DNA from: Squalus acanthias | Taxonomy: Eukaryota | NCBI GenBank assembly: GCA_030390025.1 | Contig: CM059425.1 | Span: 168,456,001 to 168,520,000 of the forward strand | DNA: 64,000 bases | Direction: 5' to 3' | Part shown: positions 62,065 to 64,000 of the stretch, in pieces | Numbering within the stretch: position 1 is the first letter of the stretch | Layout: every line of letters starts with the position of its first letter | Position numbers and translations under genes: made by a program | Notes under the pieces: model-generated | The model's input: the letters and a program-made list of their open reading frames with translations, nothing else | Databases searched by the model: none | Told to the model about the DNA's origin: nothing

Positions 62065-63392
62065 GCAAATGGGGACAGGATAGGACAGAGTCAACATGGA
62101 TTTACAAAGGGTAAATCGTGCTTGACTAATCTATTGGAATTTTTTGAGGGAGTAACTGGTAAAATAGATGGGGGAGAGCCAGTAGATGTGGTGTACCTGG
62201 ACTTCCAAAAGGCCTTCGACAAGGTCCCACATAAAAGATTTGCATGGAAAATTGAAGCTCATGGGATAAAGGGGAAAGTATTGACGTGGATAGAGAACTG
62301 GCTGTCAGATAGAAAACAGAGAGTTGGAATAAACGGCTCATTTTCTGAATGGCAGGCAGCAACAAGTGGGGTACCGCAGGGATCTGTCCTGGGTCCCCAG
62401 CTGTTCACAATTTACATTAATGACCTGGATCAGGGAGTCGGATGCAGCATTTCCAAATTTGCAGACGACACTAAACTAGGAGGGGGGGTGGGCTCAGAGG
62501 AGGAGACCAGGAAGCTCCAGAGCGATTTGGACAGACTGGGTGATTGGGCGGATAAATGGCAGATGCACTATAATGTGGACAAGTGCGAAGTTATCCACCT
62601 TGGGTGCAGGAACGGGAGGGCAAATTATTATTTAAATGGCAATAAATTGGGAGAGGGGGAAGTACAGAGAGACCTGGGTGTTCTTGTACACCAGTCACTG
62701 AAGGCGAGCATGCAGGTGCAACAGGCGGTCAAGAAGGCAAACATGTATGCTGGCCTTCATAGCAAAAGGGTTGGAATACAGGAACAGGGATACCTTGCTG
62801 CAGCTGTACAGGGCACTGGTGAGACCACACCTCGAGTACTGTGTACAGTTTTGGTCGCCTCATCTGAGGAAAGATGTTCTTGCCATGGAGGGGGTGCAGC
62901 GGCGATTCACCAGGCTGATACCAGGAATGGCGGGATTGACCTATGAGGAGAGACTATGTAGTTTAGGGATGTACACACTGGAGTTTAGAAGATTGAGAGG
63001 GGACCTCATAGAAGTGTATAAAATTCTGACAGGTCTAGACAGACTAGATGCAGAAGGAATGTTTCCCTTGGCGGGTGAGAACAGAACTAGAGGACATAAT
63101 TTAAGGATAAGGGCTAAACCATTTAGGACAGAAATGAGGGGGAATTTCTTCACTCAGAGGGTGGTGAACCTGTGGAACTCCTTGCCACAGAGGGCAGTGT
63201 ACGCCAGCTCATTAAATATATTTAAGAGGGAATTAGATATATTTCTACAGGCAAAAGGGGTTAAGGGTTACGGAGAGAAGGCGGGGACGGGATACTGAAT
63301 TGGAGGATCAGCCATGATCTCATTAAATGGCGGAGCAGGCTCGAAGGGCCGGATGGCCTACTCCTGCTCCTATCTTCTATGTATCTATGTAT
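62065..63392 (+). mobile_element. CR1 LINE 3' part, one frameshift
   Basis: SQHGFTKGKSCLTNL, FADDTK, LVRPHLEYC; tail ctatgtat repeats. Confidence 0.95.
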
Positions 63393-63736
63393 CTAACAAG
63401 TTCCAGGAGACGATGGTGACTGGGTGACACATTTCCCCAATACCCCACTCAAGAACTCGTTCAGCTCCCTTTTTGAATGTTTGCAGCAAATCTTTTAAAA
63501 GTAAAAAGAAGCTGTGGTTGTCTGCTGCATTGCCGCTCATGCGAACATACGGACAATGATGGATGGGAAAAGACCCTCTGGTCCATCCAGCCTGTCCCAC
63601 ACATTGTGATACCTTGTGTATCACAATATATACATCATCCATCTCACCTGAAATCATGTCATCTCTTGGGAGAGGCGAAGAAACATTAAAAACCCAAGCC
63701 AATTTGGGAGGGAAAAAATCTGGGAAATTCCTTTCC

Positions 63737-63872
63737 AACAGAGTTCTGACGAAAGGTCATCGACCTGAAACGTTAACTCTGTTTCTCTCTCCACAGATGC
63801 TGCCAGACCTGCTGAGTAGTTCCAGCATTTTCTGCTTTTCAGATTTCCAGCATCTGCAGTATTTTGCTTTTG
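63737..63872 (+). mobile_element. Penelope pLTR/tail fragment with intact minimal hammerhead motif
   Basis: aacagagtt-CTGACGA-a-AGGTC atc GACCT-GAAA-CG-T-T-aactctgtt at 63737-63783. Confidence 0.8.
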
Positions 63873-64000
63873 TCCTTTGTATCAACCTGCTTGAAGTGTT
63901 CTTACTTGCTTATTCACAATTCAAACATTAATTTGGACTGGAATCAATATTCATTAGTGCTTCATTTGCACAATTCAGAAATGGCCAAATTTCTAGTAGA

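Overview
Eukaryotic, repeat-dominated vertebrate DNA, most likely from a cartilaginous fish (inferred from the CR1/L2/Penelope/Harbinger/DeuSINE content). The only recognisable host coding sequence is the first coding exon of an SLCO4C1-like organic anion transporter (minus strand, 8517-8289), with a CpG-rich probable promoter at ~9.5-9.8 kb. A second CpG-rich probable promoter/first exon lies at ~58.4-58.9 kb, next to a 500-N gap. The rest is nested mobile DNA: many CR1, L2 and other LINE fragments, one RTE 3' end, PIF/Harbinger elements and their MITEs, a young full-length CsRn1-clade Ty3/Gypsy element (38896-43253), two solo-LTR-like insertions and Penelope-like elements. The most notable structure is a family of short, TSD-flanked fold-back insertions (22637, 26654, 30836) carrying minimal hammerhead-ribozyme motifs, on both strands in two copies. 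One is a 173-nt-period tandem dimer. A 1.48-kb solo LTR with foamy-virus-like layout also stands out. All family names come from motif recognition, not database searches.
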